From NCBI GenBank assembly GCA_963850905.1, contig CAWKMU010000003.1, positions 1,024,001-1,088,000 on the forward strand: 64,000 nt of DNA, in the 5' to 3' direction. A model generated the notes under the pieces. The model was not told the origin of the DNA, made no database searches, and saw only the letters and a program-made list of their open reading frames with translations. This DNA is from an uncultured Gemmatimonadales bacterium (GTDB taxonomy: Bacteria > Gemmatimonadota > Gemmatimonadetes > Gemmatimonadales > Gemmatimonadaceae). This document shows positions 28,456 to 38,097 of the stretch, one piece after another (positions within the stretch are counted from its first letter, which is position 1; each line of letters starts with the position of its first letter). The position numbers were made by a program, and so were the translations under genes.

Positions 28456-28701
28456 ATGTCCCCCTCCAACGACTGGGTTTCCCCGAGCGACATCGCCGCC
28501 TACACCTACTGCGCGCGCGCGTACTGGCTCGAGCGGGTGCGGCACTTCGACCGCACGGGCGCGGGCACTGAGCGGCTCGAGATCGGCCAATCGCAGCACC
28601 AATTGCATGGCCGCCGGGTGGCAGCCCAACGTTGGCTGGTCCGACTGGCAATCGTGCTGTTGGTCGGGGCAGCGGGCCTGATGTGGGTGGCGAGTCGGTA
28701 G
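28456..28701 (+). CDS. Small protein: Cas4-like N-terminal segment plus C-terminal TM helix
   Basis: VSPSDIAAYTYCARAYW...G...H matches the Cas4/AddB N-terminal motif. Ends in the hydrophobic run WLVRLAIVLLVGAAGLMWV. Confidence 0.75.
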   Translation: MSPSNDWVSPSDIAAYTYCARAYWLERVRHFDRTGAGTERLEIGQSQHQLHGRRVAAQRWLVRLAIVLLVGAAGLMWVASR

Positions 28702-28718
28702 CGGCGAGACACCGAGTC

Positions 28719-29243
28719 GTGATCCTGCTCGCGATTGGTCTGGTGGTGGTGGCGCTCGCGCTCCTCGTCGGGGCGCGTCGCATTGGCACGGCGACTGGCG
28801 TTCGCACGGGCGCGCCCATCGTGGCGTCGGATGTTGGCGTAGAGCCGTCGGTTCTGCTCGAGGCTCCCATATCCCGGCTTCGAGGGCGCCCAGATTACCT
28901 GCTCCGCGAGCGCGCCCGCGGACGGATCTACCCGGTCGAGGTCAAGCCGACCCGTGAGTCTGCGACGCTGTTCGAGGCGGATCTGCTGCAGATCGGGGCG
29001 TACATGCTCCTGACTGAATCGACGTATGGGCGCGAGTTTGCCGGCTATGGCCTTGTCCGCTATCGATCCGCGGAGTTCCGCGTCGCGCTCACTCGAGACC
29101 TCAGGTGGCGATGTCTCGCAGCTGCGGAAGGTGTCCGTGCGGCGCGGCGAGCGGCCGAGGTGCATCGCAGCCACCGGATTCCCGCGCGGTGCGCCGGCTG
29201 TGCAGTGCGTGGACGCTGTGCGGAGGAACTCCGGGCCTTGTAG
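28719..29243 (+). CDS. Cas4/Dna2-like PD-(D/E)XK nuclease core with N-terminal TM helix
   Basis: ILLAIGLVVVALALLVG, then GRPDY, PVEVK, QIGAY and C-terminal CAGC-x5-C. Confidence 0.85.
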   Translation: MILLAIGLVVVALALLVGARRIGTATGVRTGAPIVASDVGVEPSVLLEAPISRLRGRPDYLLRERARGRIYPVEVKPTRESATLFEADLLQIGAYMLLTESTYGREFAGYGLVRYRSAEFRVALTRDLRWRCLAAAEGVRAARRAAEVHRSHRIPARCAGCAVRGRCAEELRAL

Positions 29244-29252
29244 TTTCCTTTC

Positions 29253-30365
29253 ATGCCCACTGCCAGCGAGCACGTCTTCCGGAAGGCCGTGACGGCTCGG
29301 TCGTTTGCGGCGGTGTACTATCTCCATGGGGACGATGATTTCCGGAAGGAAGACGCCATGTCGGCAGCGCTCGCAGCGGCGGTAGAGCCAGGCTGTCGCG
29401 CGTTTGACCTCGACGTGCGCCGTGCTCAGGATCTCGACGCAGAGTCGATCGTCGCGCTACTCGAGACGCCACCACTCGCCGGATCGCGGCGAGCCGTGGC
29501 CATCCGGGATGTGCACGCGTTGAAAAAGGATGCTCGCAAGGAGCTCGAGCGGTATCTGGACCGTCCGGCAATGGATTTGCTGCTCCTGCTCGTCGGAGTC
29601 GGGGGCGAGAAAGTCGACCGGACGTTGAGCGAGCGCACCGTGGCCGTGGAATTCCCAGTCCTCACCGGCGATCGCCTACCCAGATGGATCGCGCACCGCG
29701 CTAACGAGCTCGGCGTGCCAATCACGCCAGAGGCCGCCACACTGCTGCACGAAGCGGTCGGGACTGATCTGGGCGCACTCGCCTCCGAACTGGACAAGCT
29801 CGCCAGCTACGCGCGCGGCACTGCCGCCGCCACCCGCGAGCCAGGTCAGGGGGGACCAGTCCAGATCGATGACGCAGCAGTGACCGCGGTCGTGGGTGTC
29901 CGCCGCGGCGAGACGTCGGGTGACTTGCTCGACCGCGTGGCCGAGCGCGATGCCAAGGGCGCGCTTGCGCTGGTAGAGCCGGTGCTGGCGCAACCGAAAT
30001 CGAGCGCCGTCGGCACGGTCATGGCCTTGGCCACGCAGACGCTCGCGCTTGCGTGGGGCCGCGCGAAGCGCGAACAAGGTGTGTCACGCAACCGTCTGGC
30101 ACCAGAGTTTTTTGCGCTGCTCAAGGAAACCGGCGCGAGCCCGATGCGCCCCTGGGGTGAAGCGGTCGCAACCTGGGTGCGTGCTGTCGATCTCTGGACG
30201 CCGCAAGCGCTGGACCACGCGCTGGACGCGTTGACACTCGCCGATACCGCGTTGAAGGAGACGCGTATGACAAGCGACGAACAGGCGATCGCCGCCCTCG
30301 TGCTTGCGATGTGCGTCGATGTCGAGCACTCCGCCGCGGTGCGTCACGAGGGAGCGGCCGCGTGA
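29253..30365 (+). CDS. holA: DNA polymerase III subunit delta
   Basis: YYLHGDDDFRK, ETPPL, LPRWI, ELDKLASY, D..LK. Confidence 0.9.
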   Translation: MPTASEHVFRKAVTARSFAAVYYLHGDDDFRKEDAMSAALAAAVEPGCRAFDLDVRRAQDLDAESIVALLETPPLAGSRRAVAIRDVHALKKDARKELERYLDRPAMDLLLLLVGVGGEKVDRTLSERTVAVEFPVLTGDRLPRWIAHRANELGVPITPEAATLLHEAVGTDLGALASELDKLASYARGTAAATREPGQGGPVQIDDAAVTAVVGVRRGETSGDLLDRVAERDAKGALALVEPVLAQPKSSAVGTVMALATQTLALAWGRAKREQGVSRNRLAPEFFALLKETGASPMRPWGEAVATWVRAVDLWTPQALDHALDALTLADTALKETRMTSDEQAIAALVLAMCVDVEHSAAVRHEGAAA

Positions 30366-31573
30366 GTCGCATGCAGGCACCGACCGCACGACGGCGCCCA
30401 CGCCCACGGCAACACTGGTGCCGCGCAGTGCGGATCCGACTGTGTGCGGGTCTGGTCGCCACGGCGGTTGCCGGAGCGATCGCGTCTTCCCTGTACGCGC
30501 AGGGGACCGACAGCGCTCGTGCGACACGAGGCGATAGCGCACAGCCCACAACGCCTCGCGACACCACCCACGGCATCGCCGCGCCCCCCGCCGCGGATGC
30601 CGGGGGCGGGGCGGCACCTGGCCAGGCACGCGATACTGGCGGCGCGAGCAGTCCGCCAGCCGATACTGCCGTGCAGCGCGTGCGCTTGCTCGTGGCACAG
30701 GGGCAGACGACCGCCGCCCGGACACTCGTCGATTCGTTGTTGACGTCGACGCCGCCGACGTCACCGACATACGCGTCGATCCTGTACACGCGCGCCACGC
30801 TTGCGACAAATGCCGACAGCGCGGAGACCGACTACCGCCGCGTCATCGTGGAATACGCGGGATCCCCGCAGGCTGCCGATGCGCTCCTTCGCCTCGCGCA
30901 GCTCGAGTTGGCGCGCGGTGATCGCCAACAGGCGGCGGCGCACCTCGCGCGTCTCACGCGCGAACAGCTGCCGAATCAGACAGGGACCGCATTTGCGCGC
31001 ACCCAGCTGCAAGTGGGGCTGGCCTACTTCGACTTGCAGGATACGGCACGAGCGTGTGTCGCACTCACTGCCGCAAGCACGGCGGCGCCCTCGACTGATG
31101 TCGAGCTCCGCAACCGGATCGATTACAACACGAAACGGTGCGCATCCGCGGGCGGCGGTGCCGCGTCGAGTGCTGCGGCCGACAGCGCGCGTAAAACCGC
31201 CGCCACGCCGTCCCACCGCACGGACTCGGCGGTGAAGGCCGCAGCCGCGCGGGGCGCTGCACCGCCCACCAAGGCAGCGAGCCACGCCGGTGTGCCTGCC
31301 GCATCGACGGCTGGCGCCACCGCCACGACGCGACGAGTGCGGACGCCAGGCTTCACCGTGCAAGTGGCTGCCTATCAGACCGAAAGCGCGGCACAGGCAT
31401 TGGTCGAACACCTGCGAGCGCGTGGCTTCGTCGCGCGGATCTATGGCAGCAGCGCGCCGTTCCGCGTCCGTGTCGGTCGATTCGCGACCGAGACTCAGGC
31501 CGATTCGGCTGCGGGGTCACTCAAGAGTAAAGGCATCACGGGGTTCGTGACGCCGGCCGAGATGACGGAGTAG
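30362..31573 (+). CDS. Exported TPR + SPOR domain protein
   Basis: Signal-like segment, TPR-like YRRVIVEY...ALLRLAQLE, C-terminal SPOR FTVQVAAY...FRVRVGRF. Confidence 0.85.
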   Translation: MSRMQAPTARRRPRPRQHWCRAVRIRLCAGLVATAVAGAIASSLYAQGTDSARATRGDSAQPTTPRDTTHGIAAPPAADAGGGAAPGQARDTGGASSPPADTAVQRVRLLVAQGQTTAARTLVDSLLTSTPPTSPTYASILYTRATLATNADSAETDYRRVIVEYAGSPQAADALLRLAQLELARGDRQQAAAHLARLTREQLPNQTGTAFARTQLQVGLAYFDLQDTARACVALTAASTAAPSTDVELRNRIDYNTKRCASAGGGAASSAAADSARKTAATPSHRTDSAVKAAAARGAAPPTKAASHAGVPAASTAGATATTRRVRTPGFTVQVAAYQTESAAQALVEHLRARGFVARIYGSSAPFRVRVGRFATETQADSAAGSLKSKGITGFVTPAEMTE

Positions 31574-32849
31574 CATCGGGATTTCGGACTGCCGCCCAGG
31601 TCCAGATGGCGGCGGAAACCAAGACGCCCACTGGGATGATGAGGACGGCGCGCGCCAGCGTCGCTCGATCTGACACCCACCCGATGATGGTCGGCGAGAT
31701 GCCGTCACCCAGTGCATGAATCGTCAGAATCGATGCGGCCATCGCGGCCGCTCGCGCCGCCGGGGCGACGTCCGCGACGATCACCGCGTTGATCGGGCTC
31801 GTCGAGAGGAAGAGCAGGAAATCGGCCATGGCCAGGGCCGTCCAAAACACCGCCGGTGACGATGCCGTGAGCGCCACGTACACGAGCGGCGTCGCAACGA
31901 GCATCGAAAGCGCGCTGAGCCAGAGATAGCCATGTCGGATGCGTCGCTCGAGTGCGTCCCCGATCACGCCGCCAAGAAAAGTCCCCACGAATCCGGTAAT
32001 GACGACGATCAGTCCCAGCCACTTGTTGGCGGTGACCGCGTCGAGGCCGCGTACCCGGATCAAGAATGTCACCATCCAGATGCTGATGCCGCCGAACGCG
32101 AACGTGTACGCGGCATACCCGAGCACCGTGAGGATGTATTCGCGGTTGTGGGTGAGCGAACGATACGCCCCCAAACCCTGCACACTGGCGGGTGCCGCGG
32201 AGTACATCCCGACATTTGCCTCGCGGGTGTCGTGCGCGCCTGGCGCGGGGTTGCGCAGCATTAGCGTCAGGGCGGCGACCACGAGGCCGGGTAACCCGAC
32301 GACGAAGAATGCGGCGCGCCAGCCGGCGCGGTGATCGACATACCCCCCGATCAGGAACCCGAGCGCCGCACCGACCGGGATGGCGGCGTAGAACACCCCA
32401 AAGACGCGCCCGCGCAGTCGTTCGGGGAAATAGTCCGCCAGGACCGCGGGGGCGATCGCCGAGTACGCTGCCTCGCCGATTCCGACGGTCGCGCGGGCGC
32501 CAAGCAACGATTCGTAGTTCTGCGCCAGCCCAGCGGCAGCCGTCGCGAGGCTCCACAACGCAATGCCCACGGCAACCAAACGGAGCCGCCAGGGACGGCT
32601 CCCATAGAAGCCAAAGACGGGGGCGGTGAGCATGTAGACCCAGAGGAACGCGGTCGCCAGGAATCCGATCTGGAGGTCGGATGGCTGCAACGCGGAGTGC
32701 TTGATGCTTTCCTGCACCGCTGGGACGACGAACCGATCGATGTAGTTGAACAGGTTGATGAGCGTGAGGACGGCCAGCGCCATCCACGCCGCGCGGGGCG
32801 GCGCGTCGCGCTCGTGATTTTGCATGGGCGCCGGGGCGATGGTCGCCAT
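31536..32849 (-). CDS. MFS transporter (spinster-like)
   Basis: NLFNYIDR, GIGEAAY...LADYFP, about 12 TM segments, HALGD. Confidence 0.92.
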   Translation of the reverse strand: MATIAPAPMQNHERDAPPRAAWMALAVLTLINLFNYIDRFVVPAVQESIKHSALQPSDLQIGFLATAFLWVYMLTAPVFGFYGSRPWRLRLVAVGIALWSLATAAAGLAQNYESLLGARATVGIGEAAYSAIAPAVLADYFPERLRGRVFGVFYAAIPVGAALGFLIGGYVDHRAGWRAAFFVVGLPGLVVAALTLMLRNPAPGAHDTREANVGMYSAAPASVQGLGAYRSLTHNREYILTVLGYAAYTFAFGGISIWMVTFLIRVRGLDAVTANKWLGLIVVITGFVGTFLGGVIGDALERRIRHGYLWLSALSMLVATPLVYVALTASSPAVFWTALAMADFLLFLSTSPINAVIVADVAPAARAAAMAASILTIHALGDGISPTIIGWVSDRATLARAVLIIPVGVLVSAAIWTWAAVRNPDATPSSRPASRTP

Positions 32850-32930
32850 CGTGGGGCCAAAGGTCGGTATCCGCCCTTTGAATGGCAACGGCCAAGGGTG
32901 GTTCGTGCACGGGACCGCCGCGAACGTAAC

Positions 32931-32972
32931 GTTGTTGTCGTCCCCTGACCCCTGACTCCTGGTCCCCGATCC
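32931..32972. repeat. Solo heptamer arm (CCCTGAC type)
   Basis: gttgttgtcgtcccctgacccctgactcctggtccccgatcc directly before the amidohydrolase start. Confidence 0.65.
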
Positions 32973-32973
32973 C

Positions 32974-33969
32974 TTGCTTCTCGACTGCCACGTTCACACG
33001 GCTGCATTGCTCCCGGGCCATGGTCGCGTCTCCGAGCGCGCGCGCGCGAGTCTCGCGTTCCGCATCCTCCGCCGACAGCTCGGACTCTCCGCCGATGCTG
33101 ACGACGCAGCCACCGAGCAGGCGCTGGAGCACACGCTGCTCGACACACTGGCTGGTGCGCCGGAGGTGGATGCAGCCGTCGTCCTCGCGTTCGATCGCGT
33201 CTATGCCCGCGACGGACGGGCTGATGAGGCGGCCACGCATTTCTACGTGGCGAACGACTACGTGGCGGCCCTCGCGGCTAAACACTCCAAGATCCGCTTT
33301 GGGGCGTCCGTTCATCCCTACCGGCGCGACGCCGCCCAAGAGATTGAGCGCTGTGTGAAGGCAGGTGCCGTGCTGTGCAAGTGGTTGCCGATCACCCATC
33401 GATTCGATCCCGCCGATCCGTTGTGCGTGCCGGCCTACGAGGCGCTGGCACATTTCCGTCTGCCGTTGCTCAGCCATACGGGGTGGGAGCACGTGCTGCC
33501 TAAGCTCGACCGCACCGTCGCCGCTCCCGCGCGTCTCGTCCCGGCCCTGGAGCGAGGCGTAACGGTCATCGCCGCACACTGCGGGACCGGCAGAGTACCC
33601 GGCGAGGGCACGTACCTCGACCAGTTCATGCGGCTCGCACACGAACACGAGCGACTGTACGGCGACACGGCAGCGTTGAGCCTGCCCAATCGTTGGGGGG
33701 CCTACAATGCACTCCTCCGCGACGAGGTTGTGAGAGCCAAACTCGTGCATGGCAGTGATTGGCCAGTCCCCGCGTACCCGCGCCCGTGGCGACATGGTTG
33801 GCGAGCAGCCCGCGCGCTCATGGCCGAGCGGAACCAGTTGCGGCGCGACCTGCGGATCAAGCAGGCTCTGGGCTTCGACGACGCGTATTGGGGACGTGCA
33901 GCCAAGGTTCTGCGGATAGACGCCCGCACGCACACATCAACGACGGATCACGCCCCTGGCACGCCGTGA
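32974..33969 (+). CDS. Amidohydrolase family protein
   Basis: DCHVH, SVHPY, LSHTG, IAAHCG, HGSDWP. Confidence 0.88.
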   Translation: MLLDCHVHTAALLPGHGRVSERARASLAFRILRRQLGLSADADDAATEQALEHTLLDTLAGAPEVDAAVVLAFDRVYARDGRADEAATHFYVANDYVAALAAKHSKIRFGASVHPYRRDAAQEIERCVKAGAVLCKWLPITHRFDPADPLCVPAYEALAHFRLPLLSHTGWEHVLPKLDRTVAAPARLVPALERGVTVIAAHCGTGRVPGEGTYLDQFMRLAHEHERLYGDTAALSLPNRWGAYNALLRDEVVRAKLVHGSDWPVPAYPRPWRHGWRAARALMAERNQLRRDLRIKQALGFDDAYWGRAAKVLRIDARTHTSTTDHAPGTP

Positions 33970-34162
33970 CTGGCGGCGCGCCGTGACTGGGTTTGCGGGT
34001 GCTCCTGTGCCCCGGGCACCGCATGCGTCACCCCTACCCGGCGGCGGCCAAACTCGCGGGCTCTCCGGACGCCCTTGTGCGACCGTAGATTTGCTGGCTC
34101 ACCGCCCATGTTCCGTCGGACCTGACCCCCGCACCTCAACCCCTAGTTTTCTGCCCCCTGCC

Positions 34163-36778
34163 GTGTTGCCCGCCACACCCCTCATGCAGCAGTACCGGGA
34201 GATCAAGGCTCGGCACCAGGACGCCATCCTGTTGTTTCGCATGGGCGACTTCTACGAGATGTTCTTCGAGGACGCGGAGGTGGGAGCGCGGGCCCTGGGT
34301 CTCACGCTGACGGCGCGGAACAACGGCGGCGCAGCCGCCGTCCCCCTTGCCGGGGTACCGGTCAAAGCGGTGAGTGAGTACGTCCGCCGCCTGATCCAAC
34401 AAGGGTTTCGGGTCGCGGTCTGCGACCAGGTGGAAGATCCCAAGCTCGCCAAAGGCGTCGTGCGACGGGAAGTCGTAGAGACGGTCACCCCGGGCGCAGC
34501 GTTCGCCGACGAGCTGCTGGAGCCGATGCGCAACAACTTTCTCTGCGCGGTCGCCGTGGCTCCCCCGCACCCGCGAGAGAAGGCGCGCACCGCGGCGCCC
34601 GATCGGCCGCCAATGGTGGGCATCGCGGGATGCGATCTCTCGACGGGCGAGCTCCGACTCACCACGGTCGCTGTCGCAGACGCGACGGCCGTGTTTGCGC
34701 GGCTCGCCCCGCGTGAATTACTGCTTGCCCGCGGCAGCACACTCCCGGCGGAAGTCCTAACCGATCGGCTGCTTCTGACCGAGCGTGAAGGCTGGGAGTT
34801 CGACCCCGCGTTGGCAGCCGACGCGCTCACACGTCAGTTCAGCGTGGCGTCGCTGGAGGGGCTCGGCGTGGGCGAGACCGACGCGGTCGCGATCGGCGCG
34901 GCCGGCGCCTTGCTGCGGTACCTGCGCGAGCTACAGCCGGCCGGCCTCCCGCATCTCGCGCCGCCGATCATCGAGCGACCCGAGGGCATCGTCCCGCTGG
35001 ACGACATGACCCGTCGGAACCTGGAGCTCGTCGAATCGCTTCGCGGCGGTGACCAGGACGGCACACTGCTGGATGTGCTCGACGATACGTTGACACCAAT
35101 GGGAGCTCGGCTCCTGCGACAGTGGCTCCTGGCACCGCTGACTGACCGCGCGGCGATCGACCAGCGGCTGACACGCGTTGCGGCGCTCGTTGGCGATCCC
35201 CTCGCTCGCGCAGCGCTCCGCGCTGCACTGGATGGCGTTCGCGATCTGGAGCGCCTGGCCGGCAAGGCAGCCGCTCAACGCGCGACCCCTCGCGAGTTGC
35301 GGGCACTCGGTGATTCGATTGCACGCCTGAGCCAGGTGGCAGAGGCCGTCAGCCGCGTTGGTCGCGGCCCGGGTGAAATCGGTGAAATGGCCTTCGCCAA
35401 TTACCTCACCGCTTGGGATGATTGCGCTGATCTCGGGGATCCCATTCGCCATGCTTTGGTGGAGCGTCCGCCCGTGACGATCGGCGACGAGCCCGCGATC
35501 GCCGTCGGGGTGGACACCATGCTGGACGAGCTTCGGGCGTTGCGCGATGGTGGTCGAGACCAGATTGCGGCCATGCAGGCTGCCGAGCGCCAGCGGACGG
35601 GGATTTCATCGCTCAAGATTGGCTACAATCGCGTCTTCGGCTATTACATCGAGATCACCAATGCGCACCGGGCGGCGATCCCGGCCGACTACCAGCGACG
35701 ACAGACGCTCACGGGCGCCGAGCGCTATGTGACCCCCGCGCTGAAAGAGTACGAGGAGCGGGTGCTGACGGCCGCCGAGCGCATCGAGGCACGCGAGCGC
35801 GAGCTGTTCGAAGGACTTCGGGACGCCGCGGGACGCGGGGCGGCCCGACTGCAACGCGTGGCGCGACTCGTAGCGGAGCTCGACGTCCTCGCGTCGTTCG
35901 CCCAGGTCGCGCAGCGCGAGCGCTACACTCGACCGACGATCACAGAAGAGTATGCGCTCGAGATTCGCGGCGGCCGCCACCCCGTCGTCGAACGCATGAT
36001 GCCGCGCGAGCAGTTCATCCCCAACGACGCATCGTTGACCCAGTCCGCGCGCGTGATCGTGCTGACAGGTCCCAACATGGCGGGGAAGTCGACCCTGCTG
36101 CGACAGATCGGGCTCATCGTCCTCATGGCGCAGATTGGGAGCTTTGTTCCGGCGACCGTCGCAACGATCGGGATCGTCGATCGGCTCTTCACCCGCGTCG
36201 GGGCGAGCGATAACCTCGTGCGTGGACAGTCGACGTTCATGGTGGAAATGGCGGAGACGAGCGCGATCCTGCGCACGGCGACAGCGCGCAGTCTGGTGCT
36301 TCTGGATGAGATCGGCCGCGGGACCTCGACGTACGACGGCGTGTCCATCGCGTGGGCGGTCACCGAGCACATCCACAACGTGCTGGGCTCGAAGACGATC
36401 TTCGCGACGCACTATCATGAGCTCACGCAGCTGGCCGATGACCTCAGCGCAGTCCGCAACTTCAATGTCGCGGTCCGCGAGGTCGGCGAGCGTGTCCTGT
36501 TCCTGCACCGCATGGAGCCCGGCGGCGCCGATCGCTCCTACGGCATCGAGGTCGGACGGCTGGCCGGGCTGCCCGACACGGTGCTCGCTCGCGCCCGGAG
36601 CGTCCTCGCACTGCTCGAAGCCGAGCAATTGGCGGCGTCCCGCGTCACTGCAGGACCGGGGCACTCGCGCGGGCTGCGTCGCCAAGTTCCGCGTGAGCAA
36701 TTGGGCTTGTTCGCGAACCCCCCAAGACTGCGACACGAGGGAAGCGGGGCACCGGAACCTCCGGCCCCCGAGGCCTAG
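34163..36778 (+). CDS. mutS: DNA mismatch repair protein MutS
   Basis: TPLMQQY, FRMGDFYEMF, TGPNMAGKST, STFMVEM, DEIGRGTST, FATHYHEL, SYGIEV. Confidence 0.97.
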   Translation: MLPATPLMQQYREIKARHQDAILLFRMGDFYEMFFEDAEVGARALGLTLTARNNGGAAAVPLAGVPVKAVSEYVRRLIQQGFRVAVCDQVEDPKLAKGVVRREVVETVTPGAAFADELLEPMRNNFLCAVAVAPPHPREKARTAAPDRPPMVGIAGCDLSTGELRLTTVAVADATAVFARLAPRELLLARGSTLPAEVLTDRLLLTEREGWEFDPALAADALTRQFSVASLEGLGVGETDAVAIGAAGALLRYLRELQPAGLPHLAPPIIERPEGIVPLDDMTRRNLELVESLRGGDQDGTLLDVLDDTLTPMGARLLRQWLLAPLTDRAAIDQRLTRVAALVGDPLARAALRAALDGVRDLERLAGKAAAQRATPRELRALGDSIARLSQVAEAVSRVGRGPGEIGEMAFANYLTAWDDCADLGDPIRHALVERPPVTIGDEPAIAVGVDTMLDELRALRDGGRDQIAAMQAAERQRTGISSLKIGYNRVFGYYIEITNAHRAAIPADYQRRQTLTGAERYVTPALKEYEERVLTAAERIEARERELFEGLRDAAGRGAARLQRVARLVAELDVLASFAQVAQRERYTRPTITEEYALEIRGGRHPVVERMMPREQFIPNDASLTQSARVIVLTGPNMAGKSTLLRQIGLIVLMAQIGSFVPATVATIGIVDRLFTRVGASDNLVRGQSTFMVEMAETSAILRTATARSLVLLDEIGRGTSTYDGVSIAWAVTEHIHNVLGSKTIFATHYHELTQLADDLSAVRNFNVAVREVGERVLFLHRMEPGGADRSYGIEVGRLAGLPDTVLARARSVLALLEAEQLAASRVTAGPGHSRGLRRQVPREQLGLFANPPRLRHEGSGAPEPPAPEA

Positions 36779-36902
36779 GGACGAGGACGGTTGTTGGTGT
36801 CTACTTTCTACTTTCTGTCGGTCAACTCTCTCGGGCGCGCAGCGCCCGCGGCATATTTCGATGTTTGTCTCTGACCCCGGAACCCGAACCCCGGCAGCCT
36901 CC

Positions 36903-38063
36903 ATGTCCGACACCTTCACGGCCAGCACTTCCGCGCCCGCCCACGCGGCGCCTGAATCGCTTCGCCGCACCCCGCTGACGGACGTTCACATCGCACTCGG
37001 CGCCAAGATGGTGCCGTTTGCCGGCTATCTCATGCCCGTCCAGTATCCGACGGGCATTACGGCCGAGCACATGGCGGTTCGGACGCGGGTCGGGCTGTTC
37101 GACGTGAGCCACATGGGCGAATTCGAGGTTCGTGGGCCTCAGGCGCTCGCGTTTGTGGATTACGTGACCACGAACAACGTCGGTGCGCTCGCCATCGGCC
37201 AGGTTCACTACTCCACGATTCTCAACTCGCGTGGTACAATCGAGGATGACTGTCTCGTGTACCGCTACGCGGACCACGTCATGCTGGTGGTCAACGCGTC
37301 CAACCGCGAGAAGGATTGGCGGCTGTTGGACGCGGCCCGGGCCGAACGCGGGTTCGCGTGCCAGATGACCGATGTCAGCGATCAGGTGGCGCTGCTGGCC
37401 TTACAGGGGCCGGAGGCAGTACGCGTCCTCGGTTCACTCACCGCGACCAACCTCGATGCGATCGGGTACTATCATTTCGCGCTCGGAACCGTTGCCGGTG
37501 TATCGGCGACGATCTCGCGCACGGGATACACAGGCGAGGATGGATTCGAGTTGTACGTGCCCGCGGCCGACGCCGTTCGTCTCTGGCAGGCGCTCACGCG
37601 TTCGGAAGCAGGCATGCCGGCGGTCACGCCGGCCGGGCTTGGCGCCCGAGACTCCCTCCGGCTCGAGATGGGGATGGCGCTCTACGGCAACGACATCGAC
37701 GACACGGTGACGCCGCTCGAGGCCAACCTCGGCTGGCTCGTCAAGGTGAACAAAGGCGAGTTCGTCGGACGCGACGCGCTCATGGCGCAACGCGCCGCAG
37801 GCGTGCCACGCAAGCTCGTTGGATTCACGACGGAGGGTCGCACATTTCCACGGCCCGGATACCCGGTGTCGCACGACGGACGAGCGTCGGGCACGGTGCG
37901 GAGCGGCACCGTGAGTCCCGTGTTGGGCATCGGGATCGGCACTTGCTACCTGCCGACAGCAGACTCGGCACCTGGCACCACGATCGAAATCGACGTACGC
38001 GCAAAACCGGCGACGGCAACCGTCGCCCGAACGCCGTTTTACACCAAGGGCAGTCACAAGTGA
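36903..38063 (+). CDS. gcvT: Glycine cleavage system aminomethyltransferase
   Basis: [42 protein letters not shown]. Confidence 0.97.
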   Translation: MSDTFTASTSAPAHAAPESLRRTPLTDVHIALGAKMVPFAGYLMPVQYPTGITAEHMAVRTRVGLFDVSHMGEFEVRGPQALAFVDYVTTNNVGALAIGQVHYSTILNSRGTIEDDCLVYRYADHVMLVVNASNREKDWRLLDAARAERGFACQMTDVSDQVALLALQGPEAVRVLGSLTATNLDAIGYYHFALGTVAGVSATISRTGYTGEDGFELYVPAADAVRLWQALTRSEAGMPAVTPAGLGARDSLRLEMGMALYGNDIDDTVTPLEANLGWLVKVNKGEFVGRDALMAQRAAGVPRKLVGFTTEGRTFPRPGYPVSHDGRASGTVRSGTVSPVLGIGIGTCYLPTADSAPGTTIEIDVRAKPATATVARTPFYTKGSHK

Positions 38064-38097
38064 GCGGTCACAGCGCTCTTCGAAGAGGCTATCGCAC

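Noticed and set aside
31705..33933. 742-aa minus-strand ORF
   Set aside because: It is an off-frame/antisense shadow of the MFS and amidohydrolase genes, Arg/Gly-rich and without motifs, as expected in high-GC DNA.
36135..36902. Long N-terminal extension of GcvT (similarly CBS from 41185, ACAD from 59181, CoA-transferase from 60584, GT4 from 25634)
   Set aside because: The extensions overlap upstream genes in another frame. Homology and RBS or stop-start coupling support the later starts, so these are not fusions.
36779..36902. Glycine riboswitch upstream of gcvT
   Set aside because: The conserved GGAGA...CCGAAG...CTCTCAGG core could not be found.
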